A stretch of DNA of 54,617 nt, counting the filler, from Sluysia triapertura (lineage: Eukaryota), in the NCBI GenBank assembly GCA_046118255.1. It is 4 parts of 4 records of this genome, joined end to end, with 100 filler letters (N's around TTAATTAATTAA, not from the genome) between each part and the next. Parts side by side here need not be neighbours in the genome. Positions count along the whole stretch, not along the records: positions 13,847 to 27,184 come from JBJNIA010045792.1; positions 27,285 to 41,978 come from JBJNIA010251862.1; 2 more parts are not named here. One strand, 5' to 3'. This document shows, in pieces, positions 25,313 to 38,459 of this stretch (its first letter is position 1; each line of letters opens with the position of its first letter). The notes beneath the pieces were generated by a model. That model was not told where the DNA came from. It did not search any database and worked only from the letters and a program-made list of their open reading frames with translations. A program made the position numbers and the translations under genes.

Positions 25313-26652
25313 ACAAAAATGCAAGCCAAGATCCTGAATCAGCCCAAAAATTTTTACGTTCACGTGGATAAATTCTGCCACCAGAGTATTACCCCCGCCT
25401 TCTTTTCTTGCTCAGTTGAAACACCTAACAACCTTAAATCAGAACTAAACCTTAATCTAGCAACACATATTTTTTCTTTGAAGCCCGAAACACCTTTAGT
25501 TTCACTTGATGGCTTATCCCAAATCCCTGAAACAATAGATTCCTTGTATTTGGCTGTAGCACGAGGAGTAGTTAAAGTTGCGTTATTTGATAATGGCGTT
25601 CCGTTTCATACTCGTCTCCACATGTTTTCCTCGTTGTATATATCAAAAATACACAAAAAGTGTAATATAGTTATTGAGGCTAATGAATATCCTACCTCAA
25701 TTGCTCTTCTTTTTCCTTTACCACTTTCTTCTTTTCAGTCCTTTCTCCCCAATTTGTATAAGGAAGATAGTGCTAACCTGACACGATGGAAAAATGGAAC
25801 ATCTTTTACACATGTTTCACCCATGTCGGTTGAGGATGAAGACAGTTTAGTCTTTGTTGCATACTCATATGCCTACGATTTTTTAAATCAACCCCACATA
25901 CTCAAATATCCTGTACTCCTTATTCCCGACAATTTCATAATGACATAAACATAAAGCCGCGTCTGCGTATTAAAAACTTTGTGAGGGACGTACATGAGAT
26001 GAAAGATTCGGATATTTCCGAAGCAAAGGATATTGATGATGTCCGCCCTTTCTTGCTGGGACATCTTCATGATAAGATAATGGTCTCACTAAATCCGTAC
26101 CTTATTATCCATGACTTAGATCTTCCATTTGGTTGGCTCAAAGGGATTATTAATTTATCTAATAATAATCTAGTATCTTATTCCACAGACAACGCAATCT
26201 TAAGAGGGAGACAGACTTTTAAATTGCTCTATCCAATACCTCCTCGGATGACATGTTCACGAATGTCATTCGAATTAGTTGCCTTGCTGGATAAAATTCG
26301 CGAAAAAGATTTAACATTTATTGCTAATTGTTCTCTTCCTCCTTCACTTTTTTCTGGTTCTTCTTCTCTCAATCATAATACTCTTGTGGCACCTATGAAA
26401 TCGACAGCAACATCGTCAACAACATCTGACCCAGTATCAGTAACAGCGCGGTCCAGCCAACAATTATCATCATCATCATCTACTATACAACAGCGAAATT
26501 TACATCCAGAATCGCCTCGGCCAACACGAATTCCACTGGGACCGAATTTAGCATTTCCACAATATAAAAAGAAGAGTTATCAATCACTCACCAGTCCACC
26601 TGATCCGACTGTGTGGAGTGACGACTCTGATGTGGACTTAGATGACTGTTAA
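25313..26652 (+). CDS. Unknown protein split into 209-aa and 223-aa ORFs by a probable frameshift near 25930
   Basis: AG acceptor at 25312 is in phase with the ATG at 25319. The second frame is open upstream into the end of the first. S/P-rich and acidic C-terminus. Confidence 0.6.
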
Positions 26653-26734
26653 CCATAACGAATTTTAACTCTGATTTATATTTTTCTTTATTTTATTTCA
26701 TTTATTTATTTTTTTTATTGTTGCCTGCTTCCTC

Positions 26735-27184
26735 GATTCGAGACGAATCTTTCCGAACGGGTAAGTATTGTAAATATTAAAAGTATCTGTAAAGTAAACA
26801 GTATATATATTTTTACGTATTTTTATTGTCAATATTTTTAATTTTTATAATATTTAGCTTAATGATATTAATTATAAAATTTAATAAGAATTGCAAATTT
26901 AGTAATTTTTGAATAATTATATTGATAATTATAAATACAAATCTAAGTAATTATTATTTAAAATTATTCATCTAATTTTTATAAACAAAGTTTATTACAA
27001 ATTTAGTTAATTATTAATATTTATGTTTATAAAGGAAATTTACAAATATAAAGGAAGTTACAAAGTTTGTTACAAATCTAGCTAATTAATATTTATGTTT
27101 ATAAAGGAAATTTACAAAAGGAAGTTAATATTCAATCGAAATTTAATTATTCAAATAATTATTAAAGGAAATAGCTGATTTAAT
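26735..27184 (+). mobile_element. Gypsy-like PPT region and start of a putative 3' LTR
   Basis: TTCGAGACGAATCTTTCCGAACGGGTAAGTAT|TGTAAAT (TGT at 26769) resembles gypsy pre-PPT/PPT junctions. The AT-rich downstream part has a ~70-bp tandem duplication (~26988-27128) and is cut by the contig end. Confidence 0.55.
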
Positions 27185-27284
27185 NNNNNNNNNNNNNNNN
27201 NNNNNNNNNNNNNNNNNNNNNNNNNNNNTTAATTAATTAANNNNNNNNNNNNNNNNNNNNNNNNNNNNNNNNNNNNNNNNNNNN
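27185..27284. other. Artificial contig spacer
   Basis: 44 N + TTAATTAATTAA + 44 N. Confidence 0.97.
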
Positions 27285-28603
27285 CATTAGTGTGTCAGGT
27301 TGCTCTATTCTATCAGCTAAACCTATTTTTCTTAATAATCTTCTTGATTTAGAACTGTGTGGGCTGCCTTCCTGGCTTAAATAAAGTAAACATGACCTGA
27401 TACTTTGTCTGTTAAACATGTCTAAATTCATTTTTAAAAGTGTATTTAAATTTTATCCATATTTTTGTTAAAAACTTTATTATGTTATTTTTAAAATATA
27501 TTATTTTTTTCAGCAAAATTTTATTATTTTCATTAAAAACAAAAAGGAAGGACTTAAAGTCCTGTAAAAAAACATATCATTGAATTGAAAAACAAACAAG
27601 AATAATTAATTCCATTTATTAAACAAGTAGTATAAACAAAACACAAAAAAATGTGTTATGAAAATCAAAACTAGATAAAATTTGTAACTTTATAAAATTA
27701 TTAAAACCTGGAACAAAGTTATATTTCCAACTAAAACTTTGAACGCAAGAAGTGATTGCATTTCCGTAAGCAAAATAAAATTCTCGTAAATCCACGGCAT
27801 TTTGACTTAAGCATGAAGCACAAAGATTAGCAATATATGCTCGAGTGAAACTGTAGTGAGACTCTTGATTTTTTTTGAACTATTTTAGCTGCCTTCCGTT
27901 CCTTCAGCTTCGCTTTTAGTGTAGCATAACTTAAAGACAATTTATTTGGAAAATCATCATCTCACAAAGTCCCGTTTTTTTGAATATTAAAATAAAATAA
28001 AAGTAACTTCATTTACATTGTCTAAATTATTTTTAGTATTTACTTGTTCAAAGTCTACAACGCGTGCACTGACGTTTTTGTGTGACTTATTATTGGCTCT
28101 GCTTTGTAATATTTATATTTTTATTAAAAGTTCATGTGAACTTTTGGGAAACATAAAAATATTTCATCTGAACGCTTTCTGTGGACTTTTTTAGTTTTAA
28201 AGAATTTAGTTTTATGAATTACCTTTAAATTTTAATATTAAAACAAAAATTAAAAAGGATAAAATATTTATAAAATTTCTTTTAAACTTTATTTGTATTT
28301 AAATCTTGTTTTGGTTATTTTATTGAAATATTCTTTTAATTTTTTTATGTCTAAATATTGAAAACATTTGTTTTTATAGGTTCCGTGGATCTTTCAGAAA
28401 ACTACAATGTTTCGTGCTACATGACAAATGTATAGTACAACAAATACAATAAAAATGATAATCACAGTAGGACGGCAAAAATATGACCTGTAGTGGTGTT
28501 TTTGAAGATGGGAACGATACCGTAAAAAAAAGTATTAGATCACATTAAATCAAAAAAGAAAACGTATTTGGTCATTACGATTTTAGGGAGATTAAATTAA
28601 TTT

Positions 28604-28849
28604 TGTTGTAAAATTTTATAGTTCGAAGTTTTAATGCTTTGTAGTTATGTTAAAAGTGGTAAATTAATAATGTGTGAGGTGAATTTGGCGTATGACGATG
28701 TGTTAGTAATAGAAATTGTTGTTGGAGTTTGCGTATAATTTACTTTGAAGTTTCAAATGCATATTGACCATATGTGAATGTTTTAAAATGTGTGAAAAGT
28801 ATCAAAATGTTTCGCTTGTGAATCGTGTATAGGTTTGTGTGTAACTACA
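28604..28849 (-). repeat. 3' LTR of the Gypsy element
   Basis: Minus strand PPT AAAGGAGGGCTAA is immediately followed by TGTAGTTAC... and ends ...TACAACA. Confidence 0.7.
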
Positions 28850-31800
28850 TTAGCCCTCCTTTTAAGAAGCGGAGCGAGCGTAATCATTTTTGGTGCATAT
28901 TATATTGGCTTACTTTTGAGGTTACGTGGCCCTTTTTATTGTGATAATATGGATGTGGGTCGAAGGACACTGATTTTTTGATGATTTACCAGTATAGTGG
29001 CCGGTTTTAGTATACACCAGTTAATTGTTTTGTCTTGTCCGCTGATATCGACAATAGCGGTGTTATTTTCCAATTTAAATTTTTTAACTCGATGGGGTCC
29101 GGCATACTTTGGCTCTAGAGAAGTTGGGTTTTCGATTGATACCCAAACAAATTGACTATCTTGGATGTTTTGAGGGATGTGGATATAAGAATTATTGTTA
29201 TGACGGGTAGATTTGGCCAGTTGGTTGAAATATTCTCGGAGAAGAGATGAATAAACTTTCTCTGTGGGATTATAAGATTCAAATAGTTCGAAAGGTAACC
29301 TTATGTTTGTTCCTAGAACTATTTGAGCTGGCGAATATCCAGTTGAAGTATGTGGAATATTATGCCATCCTAAGAATATTAAAGGTAATGCGCCAACCCA
29401 GTTATGATGTACAGACTACGCACGCAAGGAGTTTTGAGGGTGCGGTGAAACCTCTCAATCATACCATTAGATTGTGGATGATATGCTGTTGTTCGGAGTC
29501 TAGTGCTGCCCAATTGTTTTATTAAATTATTGAATAAGCCAGACTCGAATTGAGCTCCTTGATCTGTGATAATCCTTTAAGGAACTCCGAAGTGAGAAAT
29601 CCAACGTGTAATTAGGATTCTGGAGATAGTCTCCGAAGTTATATTCCTAATGGGAAGCATCTGGCCAGCGGCTATGTCAGTCTATAATTGTTAAAAGATA
29701 TGTGTAGCCACGGGATTGTGATAATGGACCGACAATGTCCATACGAATAGTTTCGAATAAGTGGCCAGTTGGGAAATGAAGTTGTCCCGGTTTAATATGT
29801 TTGTGGACTTTCACAGACTAGCATATTAAACAAGCTTTGCACCAGTGTTTGATATCTTTGTGCATTGAAGGCCAAATCACTTTGGAACGTAATACTTCAT
29901 ATGTGGCCTTAGCCCCAGAGTGAGTGATGTTATGCATGTATTGAAAAGCTTTAAATCTAAGCTTTTGGCCTAAAACTGGGCGCGATATACCTGATAGCTG
30001 ATGGTCAAAATAAATTCCCTCACGCAAAAGTGGCATGGTAGTGAATTGGGAGATTTTGCTGTAGATCCTACGGGGATAAGGCGTCCGCGACCACATCTTC
30101 TTGTCCCGGAATATATTCAATATTGAAATTGAATTGGGAAAGATAACTGATGTGCCGTTGTTGCATGGGTGTTGGATTCTTCATGTTAAAGATGTGTAAC
30201 AGCGGCTTGTGGTCCGATCGTAATGTGAACTGAGCTGAAAGAAGCAAATATTCGAAATACTTTACTGATAAGTAAATAGCCAGCAATTCACGATCGAAAG
30301 CGGAATATCGTGTTTGTGGGGCAGACAACTTGCATGAAAAGAATTTTATAGGTTTTGAAGTTCCTTGTTGCATCTGCGTAAGTACAGCGCCTAATGCTAT
30401 GTTAGAGGCATCCGTAGTGAGGATAAAAGGTACTTGTGGCAGAGAGAATGACAAACTGTTCATAATGACTTCCTTGGTGCGATAGAAAGAAACCAAAGAA
30501 TTTTGATCCCATTGAATTGATTGCGATTTTTATATGTGAAAGCTTCGGTATAAATCTTCGACAATAATTGACTAGCCCTAAGAGACTCCGCATTTGTGTA
30601 ACTGTTTGTGGTTGCGGAAAGTTTCTTATTGCCGACGTACGGCTTTCTAATGGTTGAATGCCGTCAACGGAAATATGGTGACCTAGAAATGTAATTCTCG
30701 GCTTGAAGAATTGTTATTTCGTCGGTTTAATAATTAAACTATTGCCGGCCAATTTCTTGAGCATGGTATCCAAATGAATTTGGTGTTGTTGGATATGTCA
30801 ATATAGGCCGTTGAGAATGGCAATCCTTGAAGAACTTGGTCGATATGACGCTGAAAAGTTTGTGCAACATTGTGTAAGCCGAAAGGCATTCTGATATATT
30901 CAAAGAGACTAAAAGGGTAGTTATTGCCGTTTTGGGTATATCAAGATCGTGCACCGGTATTTGGTGATAGGCCTTGGCTAAGTCAATTGATGAAAAGACG
31001 CTGCATCCAGAAAACCAATGTAATATATCCGTTATAAGAGGCATCGGGTATGCGTCGGGTATAGTTACCTTATTCAACATTCTATAGTCGCCGCATATTC
31101 GAATATTACCATCTTTTTTCTTTACGATTTGTAGAGGTGAGGCCCAAGGTGGTGGGGATCGCCGTACAATTCCTCGTGTTTCCATGTCAAGGAATTCTAA
31201 CTCTGCTTGTGCACGGATTTTCTGAGATAATTCTCTCTGCGTTGTCTGCAAGGAGGGGTTGGTAAAGTCTTGATAAAATGCACTGAGTTAGGTACATGAC
31301 TTGAATTGGATTGTTGATTAAGTAATTCAGGGTAAACCTGCTCCACATAGGAAATAATATTTGTTTCATTGAGTTGTTGAAGTTGTATCCTTATGTGGGA
31401 CACTTGTCCAGAGCTTTTACTTAAAGTTTTTGATCTGAGAAAATCTGTTCCCAAGATTGGCTGTTGAACTGCAGCTAGCTATAAGAAAATTCCATTGGAA
31501 TACTTCAGTGACGACCATTGGCGTGCTCAGTTTTTTGAGGCTGTGTCAAATGAATTAAACTGATTACAGCCGTCCATGCATCTTTTGGCCAGATCTTTAA
31601 AGTATGCATGGTAGATAAATATATTTTTGATCCTCAGGGTATTAAGTTTATTTGGGTATTTGCAACATAGTACGCAGCATTTGGCCTTCTGCTGGAACTT
31701 ATTGTGGTAATAGCAGATACCATTGAATTTCCTGAGGTTACTGGATGATTTGTGCGATGTTGAAGACGACCTAGAATTAGAGGGTGAGTTTTGTTTGAAA

Positions 31801-32070
31801 GTTTTTTTATTTTGTTTGTCGAGAAGATTTACTGAAAGCATCTTGGTTATTTCTCCCATTTGGTTGGTCAGTGCATCGATTCGTTGAGACATTGCTTCGA
31901 GTGCACTGTTAGACGTGGCAGTGGATGATGAGGCCTGTAAGTGTGATGCGCCTTTCATTAGATTTATTTTGTCAGGGCGGTCGGTACTCCATTGAATTAG
32001 AATATTGTCCGCCAAGAAGGTCATATCGTCGATATCAGTGGTCCGACTGACAGGCAAACAGCCTTAACAA
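28604..32070 (-). mobile_element. Decayed, 5'-truncated Ty3/Gypsy retrotransposon (CsRn1/Kabuki-like)
   Basis: Gag with CYYHNKF..AKCC motif; protease remnant PILGTDFL; RT WASPLQIVKKKDG..CGDYRMLN..PDAYPMP..IDLAKAYHQI; RNase H LTTDAS..YSAFDRELLA..SDHKPL..VADALS; integrase HHCC, TAYHPQSNGMIERFHR, YAGP. Many stops and frameshifts. Confidence 0.97.
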
Positions 32071-32499
32071 TGTTTCACTGATAGTTTAATTTTGCTTGAA
32101 TAAGCGGAAACTAAATCCTTGAGCCATATTTCCAATTTGTATAATTCTCAAAATCCACATTTCAACCATGACCACTTTTAATTACTGCCCATTAACTAGC
32201 ATTACAATTGGTATCGTTAGTACATAATAATGAAAGTCACTAATTTTAGTCAACATTATAAAATAAAATAAACCATTTAACCTCAATTCAAATCCTACGA
32301 TCTATCCCTTAAATGTGTAAGCCTAGGATCGTAGGATTGTAATAAATAACATCACAATTTCTTTCCTCTTCAACAAAAATTCATCAAAAACAAAACAGTA
32401 TGTTATGGGCTATTGGCGTCACATATATATAATGACCCCAATTTCTTGTCACAAATATGTGACGATTGTCAATTATCAGTTTAGGACAAGTCTGTATGA

Positions 32500-32583
32500 T
32501 CGTGCCATACAAATAGGTACATGATGTTATTGGTCTGGCGATATTTACTTTTTGCTCTTAGGCCCTGGTATCAAAAGGGTTAA
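32500..32583. mobile_element. Possible piggyBac-type terminus
   Basis: A GC-richer stretch ends ...AAAAGGG|TTAA. No partner end was found nearby. Confidence 0.35.
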
Positions 32584-32711
32584 ATGTGTTATAGAATTTG
32601 ATAAAATGATAATTAGAAAGTGTATTAACAAATACAAAGAACTAGAAACAAATGAAGCAACTAGCATCTCTTTTAAATTTTAAGATGAAAATGTGAAGAC
32701 TTGAATCTAAT

Positions 32712-32986
32712 CAGTGGTTCTTAACCTTTTTAATGGTTGTAACATCACTTTGAATTTAAAAACAAGTTGTTGCATCTCCTTAAAAATGTTATTTAAGGAA
32801 TTTCATCTCTGAAAGAAAACGTCTTCCTTTCTTCTTAAAGTATGTTTACACATGTACGTATAAGCCAGTTTATTTATTGCATTTGCTTGAGGCAACGATA
32901 GAAAATGAATGTAGCATAATTTTATCGAAATTAAAAAAACTTTATCGCACATCTAGGGTGTATTCAGCACAGATTAAAAACTACTA
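32712..32986. mobile_element. hAT (Charlie/MER5-like) non-autonomous element
   Basis: CAGTGGTTCTTAACCT ... AGATTAAAAACTACTA form a degenerate TIR pair. The 8-bp TSD is not preserved. Confidence 0.5.
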
Positions 32987-33527
32987 ATCAGTAGTACTTA
33001 AAGATTTAGGATAATGTTGTTGTGTTACAATAAAAGATTAGCAAATTTAGACACAATTTTCTGCAATTTTATTAAATTTTAGTGCATTAGTTTCACTTTG
33101 ATGGTTTTTAAAATTGAGTAAAATTTGGATAAGTTTTCTGTTAACCTTATAAATTTAACTATAAAAGCTGATACTAAAACATCTATGTACATTCAATTCA
33201 AATCATTTACAAACTTAACCATGTTATAATTCTCATAACTTTACATATTTTACAATATCTTGTTACACTTCTGACCACTTAAAATAGAACTCTATCAATC
33301 ACGACACAATTCAATGCTAATTCTATTTCTTATATTTTGTAATAATTACTTAAAAACAATTTTAGTAAAATACCTTTTATTAAGTATTCAAAAACGTTTA
33401 AAATAAACTCATAATAAATGCATAATAAAATTCTCCCATTAGAAAAACATTACAATTCTCTTAAATATATCATAAACTTCTTGTAATTCTTTAAGACAAC
33501 GTTTTATTAAAAATCTCAATATCATTT

Positions 33528-33547
33528 TAATAATAATAATAATAATA

Positions 33548-33578
<31 letters not shown>

Positions 33579-33596
33579 TATTATTATTATTATTAG
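33528..33596. repeat. (TAA)n/(TTA)n head-to-head microsatellite
   Basis: Read directly from the sequence. Confidence 0.9.
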
Positions 33597-33722
33597 TTTT
33601 GTTAGTAATCTCTGTTACCTACAGAATATTTTGCAATGATATAAATACAAAATAGATTATTGTTGGATTTAAGTCAGTTAAAATAATTTTTTGTATTTTT
33701 AAATTATTGTAATATAATTATA

Positions 33723-36091
33723 CGCCAATACCTCACTTTGCGTCGGAGTTACGACACAAATTGAAATGACGCAATAGCAAACCATGTAAAGATCGAAGAT
33801 AGGTTCCAGGGTTACGAAAATACTACTTTTTAAAAAGAAAATTGAACAAAGTAAACATGAAAAAAATAAAATTTTATTACATACATACAAAAAACAAAAA
33901 AAACGTATTCAGTTTAAATAAAATAAACTATTCAATTAATTTATGAAAAACAAAATTAAAATAAATCACTGTCTGATGAGTCTATGGTGGCTGTTATCGA
34001 AAGTCGGCTTTCTTTGACAAAAAAATTGGTCAAATTCTTGCCGAACAGCTTTTTTTCAAAGTAAAATAAATTTCCTTGTAGCAATTGATATTCGTAGCTA
34101 CAGCCTGGGACACTGTAAAACTCCTTCCGCTGTCAGGATCGTTTTTTAAAAAATCTCCATAGCTTCGTCAATCAAACACATCGCTTTGGAAATTTGTTTG
34201 GAGGTTAAATTTTGTTCTTCGGAGATTTATATTGAACGATTACTGTCATTTTCTTCATTAGCAAATTGCAATTCCAGTTGCAATAGTTCTTCATTAGAGA
34301 ATTCTTAGTTGTGCGAGGTTAGCAATTCGTTTATGTCAGTTTCCTCCATACCTTCAAAATTAGACTCTATAGCTAAATTAGAAATTTCATGACTAACAGC
34401 TGGTGCACCATCAACTTCTTCAGCGCATATTCGGTGAACACATTCAGGCCATATTTTGCGCCAAACACCATTCATGCAACATGGTTTAACCTCCCACGAA
34501 TCGGGAATAATTTCTATGGCTTTCGTAATGTTGAACTTTTTCCAAAACTCTAGCATGGTAGGCTTATCTTGTCCATCAGTCTCACTTAAAAGAAGTTTAA
34601 ATGTCGATATTACTTCCTGATCCATTGGCTAAATAACTGGTGTCGTATTAAGCGGCAAAAATACAAATTTCACGTTTTCTGACTACTCATCATGTATTGG
34701 GTGGCCAGGAGCATTGTCTAGTAGGACCAAAGCCTTGAAGTTTAAGTTTTCTTTGTTGCAATAAGCTTTAATTTCAGGAATAGCACAAGTCGAAACCCAG
34801 TTTTGAAATAATGATGTTGTCATCCATGCTTTTTTGTTTACTCGCCAGTGGATAGGAAGCAGATTCTTTGAACAACCTTTCATAGCTCTTGGATTTTCTG
34901 ATTGAAAAATGAAAAGTGGTTTAAATTTGAAATAACCATTTGCATTACCACCAAGAAGAGTCAGTCTATCTTTGCTAGCTTTAAATCCTGGCGCAGATTT
35001 TTCTGTTTTAGATGTGAAAGTTCTGTTAAGTAGATGTTTCCAAAATAACCCAGTCTCGTCAACATTAAAGACTTGTCTCGGATCATATCCACATTCATGA
35101 ATTAATGCTTTTAACTCTGTCGAGTAGTGTTTTGCAGAAGTTATATAAGCGCTAGCTGCTTCGCCTTTAAGAGCAATGCTGTGCAGATTTGCTCGAATTT
35201 TGAATCTCTCAAACCAGCCCTGACTAGCTTCAAATGTTTCATTCTTGTATGTATTACTACCACTAGCATTATCTTTGGATACTGCTTTACTTTTTATGTC
35301 ATCAAATAAGCTTTTTGCTTTTGTCTGAGTTACCATTTTACTTAATGGTATTCTCTGCGCAACTTGATTTTCAATCCAAATAGAAAGCAAGGACTCTATT
35401 TTTATCATCAAAGCACTCCTTGTACGAGTTACCGTTTTAGCATATAATGATGTTGCAGATTTTGCAGCCTCTATTATTTTATCACCATCTCGATCTCTAA
35501 TAGTTCTGACAGTTGTTGCAGCCAGACCAACAGCCTTTGCTATCTCCACAGCCTTTTCACCCTTATCATATCGTCTCAGAATATCTAATTTTGTCTCCAA
35601 GCTGATAGTTTTATTATATTTTTGGTAATTCTACCAGCAGTGCCCTTTCCACTCATTTGGCTAAAAATTTACAAATGTAATTAAAAAATAATATAATTCT
35701 GCCAATAAATAAATTGGAAAAATATTTACCTTTTTTGTAACCCGTAAAAATTTATAAAAATTTATCATTCTCTTTTAAAAAAAGCACAACACATTACATA
35801 ATTGAAACCTGAACTAAAATTGGCAAAACAAAGTGAAAATAAAACTGTATTAAAATTGCGTTGATTTTCAGTTAGAAATGGAATCCAGAGTTTTGATGGC
35901 ATGGCGCAATTAGAAACAAAAGTTGTGCCATCTTTTAGAAAAAAGAAAATTACAAAAAAAATTAAAGACTCGAACCCAAAACAACGTAACGTCGAAAATC
36001 TAACGACGCACAATGAAAATTAGTACTAATTAAGCAGCGACACAACTTCGAAAAAGTGCGAAACGAAACGATGCAAAGTGAGGTATTTTAA
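33723..36091 (-). mobile_element. Tigger/pogo DNA transposon with decayed transposase (~35656 to ~33965)
   Basis: TIRs AATACCTCACTTTGCGTCG (33727-33745) and CGATGCAAAGTGAGGTATT (36069-36087). Translation includes ASQGWFERFK, GEAASA, VFNVDETGLFWK, LLLDNAPGH-like, QPMDQEVI motifs. Frameshifts and stops present. Confidence 0.97.
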
Positions 36092-37039
36092 TAAATTTCT
36101 AAGTTTTTATTAAAATTGTAAAGGGCGATTCCACTCATTGAGGGTAAATCTTAAAATACACTTAAATACATTCGTATCATTATTTTTAATCCACGATTTA
36201 CTGAAGCTTAAAATCATTTTTAAATATATTTATAAAAAAATTCAAGGCCAAAGAAAGGCTTTAATTATTAAATCCAACGGTATCTTATTCTTTTTCTAAT
36301 TTCACATCTGATTCTTGAATTTTATAAATTTTTTAACAATAAATATTCACGTTAATGTGTTTTGTTTTGAATTTAGTATAAACTTAAGAATCTCCATTAT
36401 TCGTAAGTGAGCCAAATATAAGGAAGTTATTACTAACTTTGAAATAGAATAACTACGATGTTGGATAAAAATGAAACTAAGTATTTTCCGCATTAATAAA
36501 TAGAAAAAATATTAGTTAAAAGTGTCAATTTATAGCTACAAGTATTCCCACTTGTGCACTGCATACTGTAGCTGAACCCTACTACAATTTATTTTGTCGT
36601 AGTTAAGAAAACCACAGAATTATTATTACTTTCTTAAAAAACATTATTTTCCTTATCGCTTGTTTCTAAATAAGTGTTATCATTTAAATCTAGTACGTAG
36701 TCCGGTTTCTTTATCAAGATTATCAGATGAATCAGATATCAGCCAATCAGAAGCAAACAGAATTTTAGAAAATGTTGCATTCTTTTTCAATAATTTAACA
36801 TTAATTTTTATATTTTTTAAAGATTTTAAATGGTTGTGGTTACAGCCTAACATTAACAGGTGGTGAAAATAATCTACTCTTACAACTGAAATAAATTATA
36901 TAAATCGCGAAACGAATTATATTTTATTTCTAATTTCTGTCCAAATCTGTAAATGTTAAAAAATACACAAGCATAATATCTTTAAAATGAATTTTTTTTA
37001 TGAATTTTTCATTTTCAGACATTAAGAACATTGAATTAA

Positions 37040-37414
37040 TATTTTATAATTTTTATATGGTACAGGTACGTTTTTCAATCTTTGGACATGTGTTGTTTAG
37101 TCTGGATTGGTGTGAGCAGATGTTTCTTGATAGTTAAACCGAACATGGAAAGAAAGTATCTCGAAACTCGTATATCACATATTTGTATTCCAGTAGGACT
37201 GGTTTTGTTTTCTATTGTTATAGGAGTATTTCAAATTATTATTCGGAAACCAGCAATACATTTGAATTTAACTTTTATTTGGTGTTCTATCAATCCCAAA
37301 GAAGATATTTATTCCATTCTAGGTATAGGTAATGCATTGATAATGATGCTAGTATGCTATACAGTTATATTTATTACTGTTTTACGACAACAGAAAAAAA
37401 TAGCAGATATGAAG
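37040..37414 (+). CDS. Rhodopsin-class GPCR exon (TM3-TM5)
   Basis: LVWIGVSRCFLIVKP (DRY-equivalent), TM4, ECL2 WC, TM5 LVCYTVIFITV, basic ICL3, then a GTTAG donor. The 5' junction may be damaged. Confidence 0.7.
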
Positions 37415-38118
37415 TTAGTTTGTATTTGCAGTTTTTAAAGTTTAAAATATTAAAAAATAATTGTTATACATTATCACGAGTATCTTTAGTCGAAAGAGTT
37501 TTAAATTATTAGGATAATTTTAAGAGAACTATAATTAATGTTACTATAAAGAACTTGATATATACAAATTGAGAATAAACAATTTATTTAATGAATTTGC
37601 AATTTTCAATAAATTGTTTATTTCTCAAGCATACGAAATCTAAGTATCATTCTTAAATTTCTAAAGTTTTTAAAACTCTTCATTTGTTTAGATCTAAGCC
37701 TAAAAGTGTCAATTAAAGCGACTAAGAAAATAAATTGACTGAATTAATTACTCATTTAATTAATTATTTCATTTAATTCAAAACAGTTTTTTAAAACAAA
37801 TTTAAACCATGTTTTAACATTATTAGATTACAACATTTGTAAACACCATAATTCCGATTGTCTTCACATTATTGTCATCATTATTTATTTATTTTCCATT
37901 TAAGTAATAAATTTATTCTATACATTAAAGGAAAAGAAACGAAATTTGGAGGTAACAAATTCGTGTTTTTGATTGAATAACTGTCATAGTGTAAACGAAG
38001 TGTTAACACTACTATATGCAAACGAATTTAAACGGATTCAGCGTCAAAATAACGAAATACAAAATTTATTTAAGCAATTTTTGATTGAATTACTAAAAGA
38101 TTCAGAAACAGCAAAGTA

Positions 38119-38272
38119 CACCTATCCCCCGATTTACACGGTACTTGTTTTACACGTTTTCGTTTTACACGGTTTTTCAAATAAGTTTTTTTTTGTTTTT
38201 ATCGTTTTTCCAAATAGGTTTTTTTACGTTTTTCTCAGGAACGTATCTACCGTGTAAATCAGGGGATAGATG
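38119..38272. mobile_element. 154-bp Tc1/mariner-pogo type MITE
   Basis: TA|CACCTATCCCCCGATTTACACGGTA ... TACCGTGTAAATCAGGGGATAGATG|TA: 25-bp TIRs with 2 mismatches and a TA TSD. Confidence 0.9.
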
Positions 38273-38459
38273 TATTTAACAAAAAAATTCTATAATATCG
38301 TTTTATGGGTTTAGCATATCACATAAGTTATCCGCCATGTGAATTTGAAAAGCAATTTCAAAGTTTTATGTAATTCAATTATGAAAGAAAACTCTTAAAT
38401 ATAAATTAATTCAAACTTTAATAAATCAGTAATAATTATTATTTTAATGTTTAGAAACT

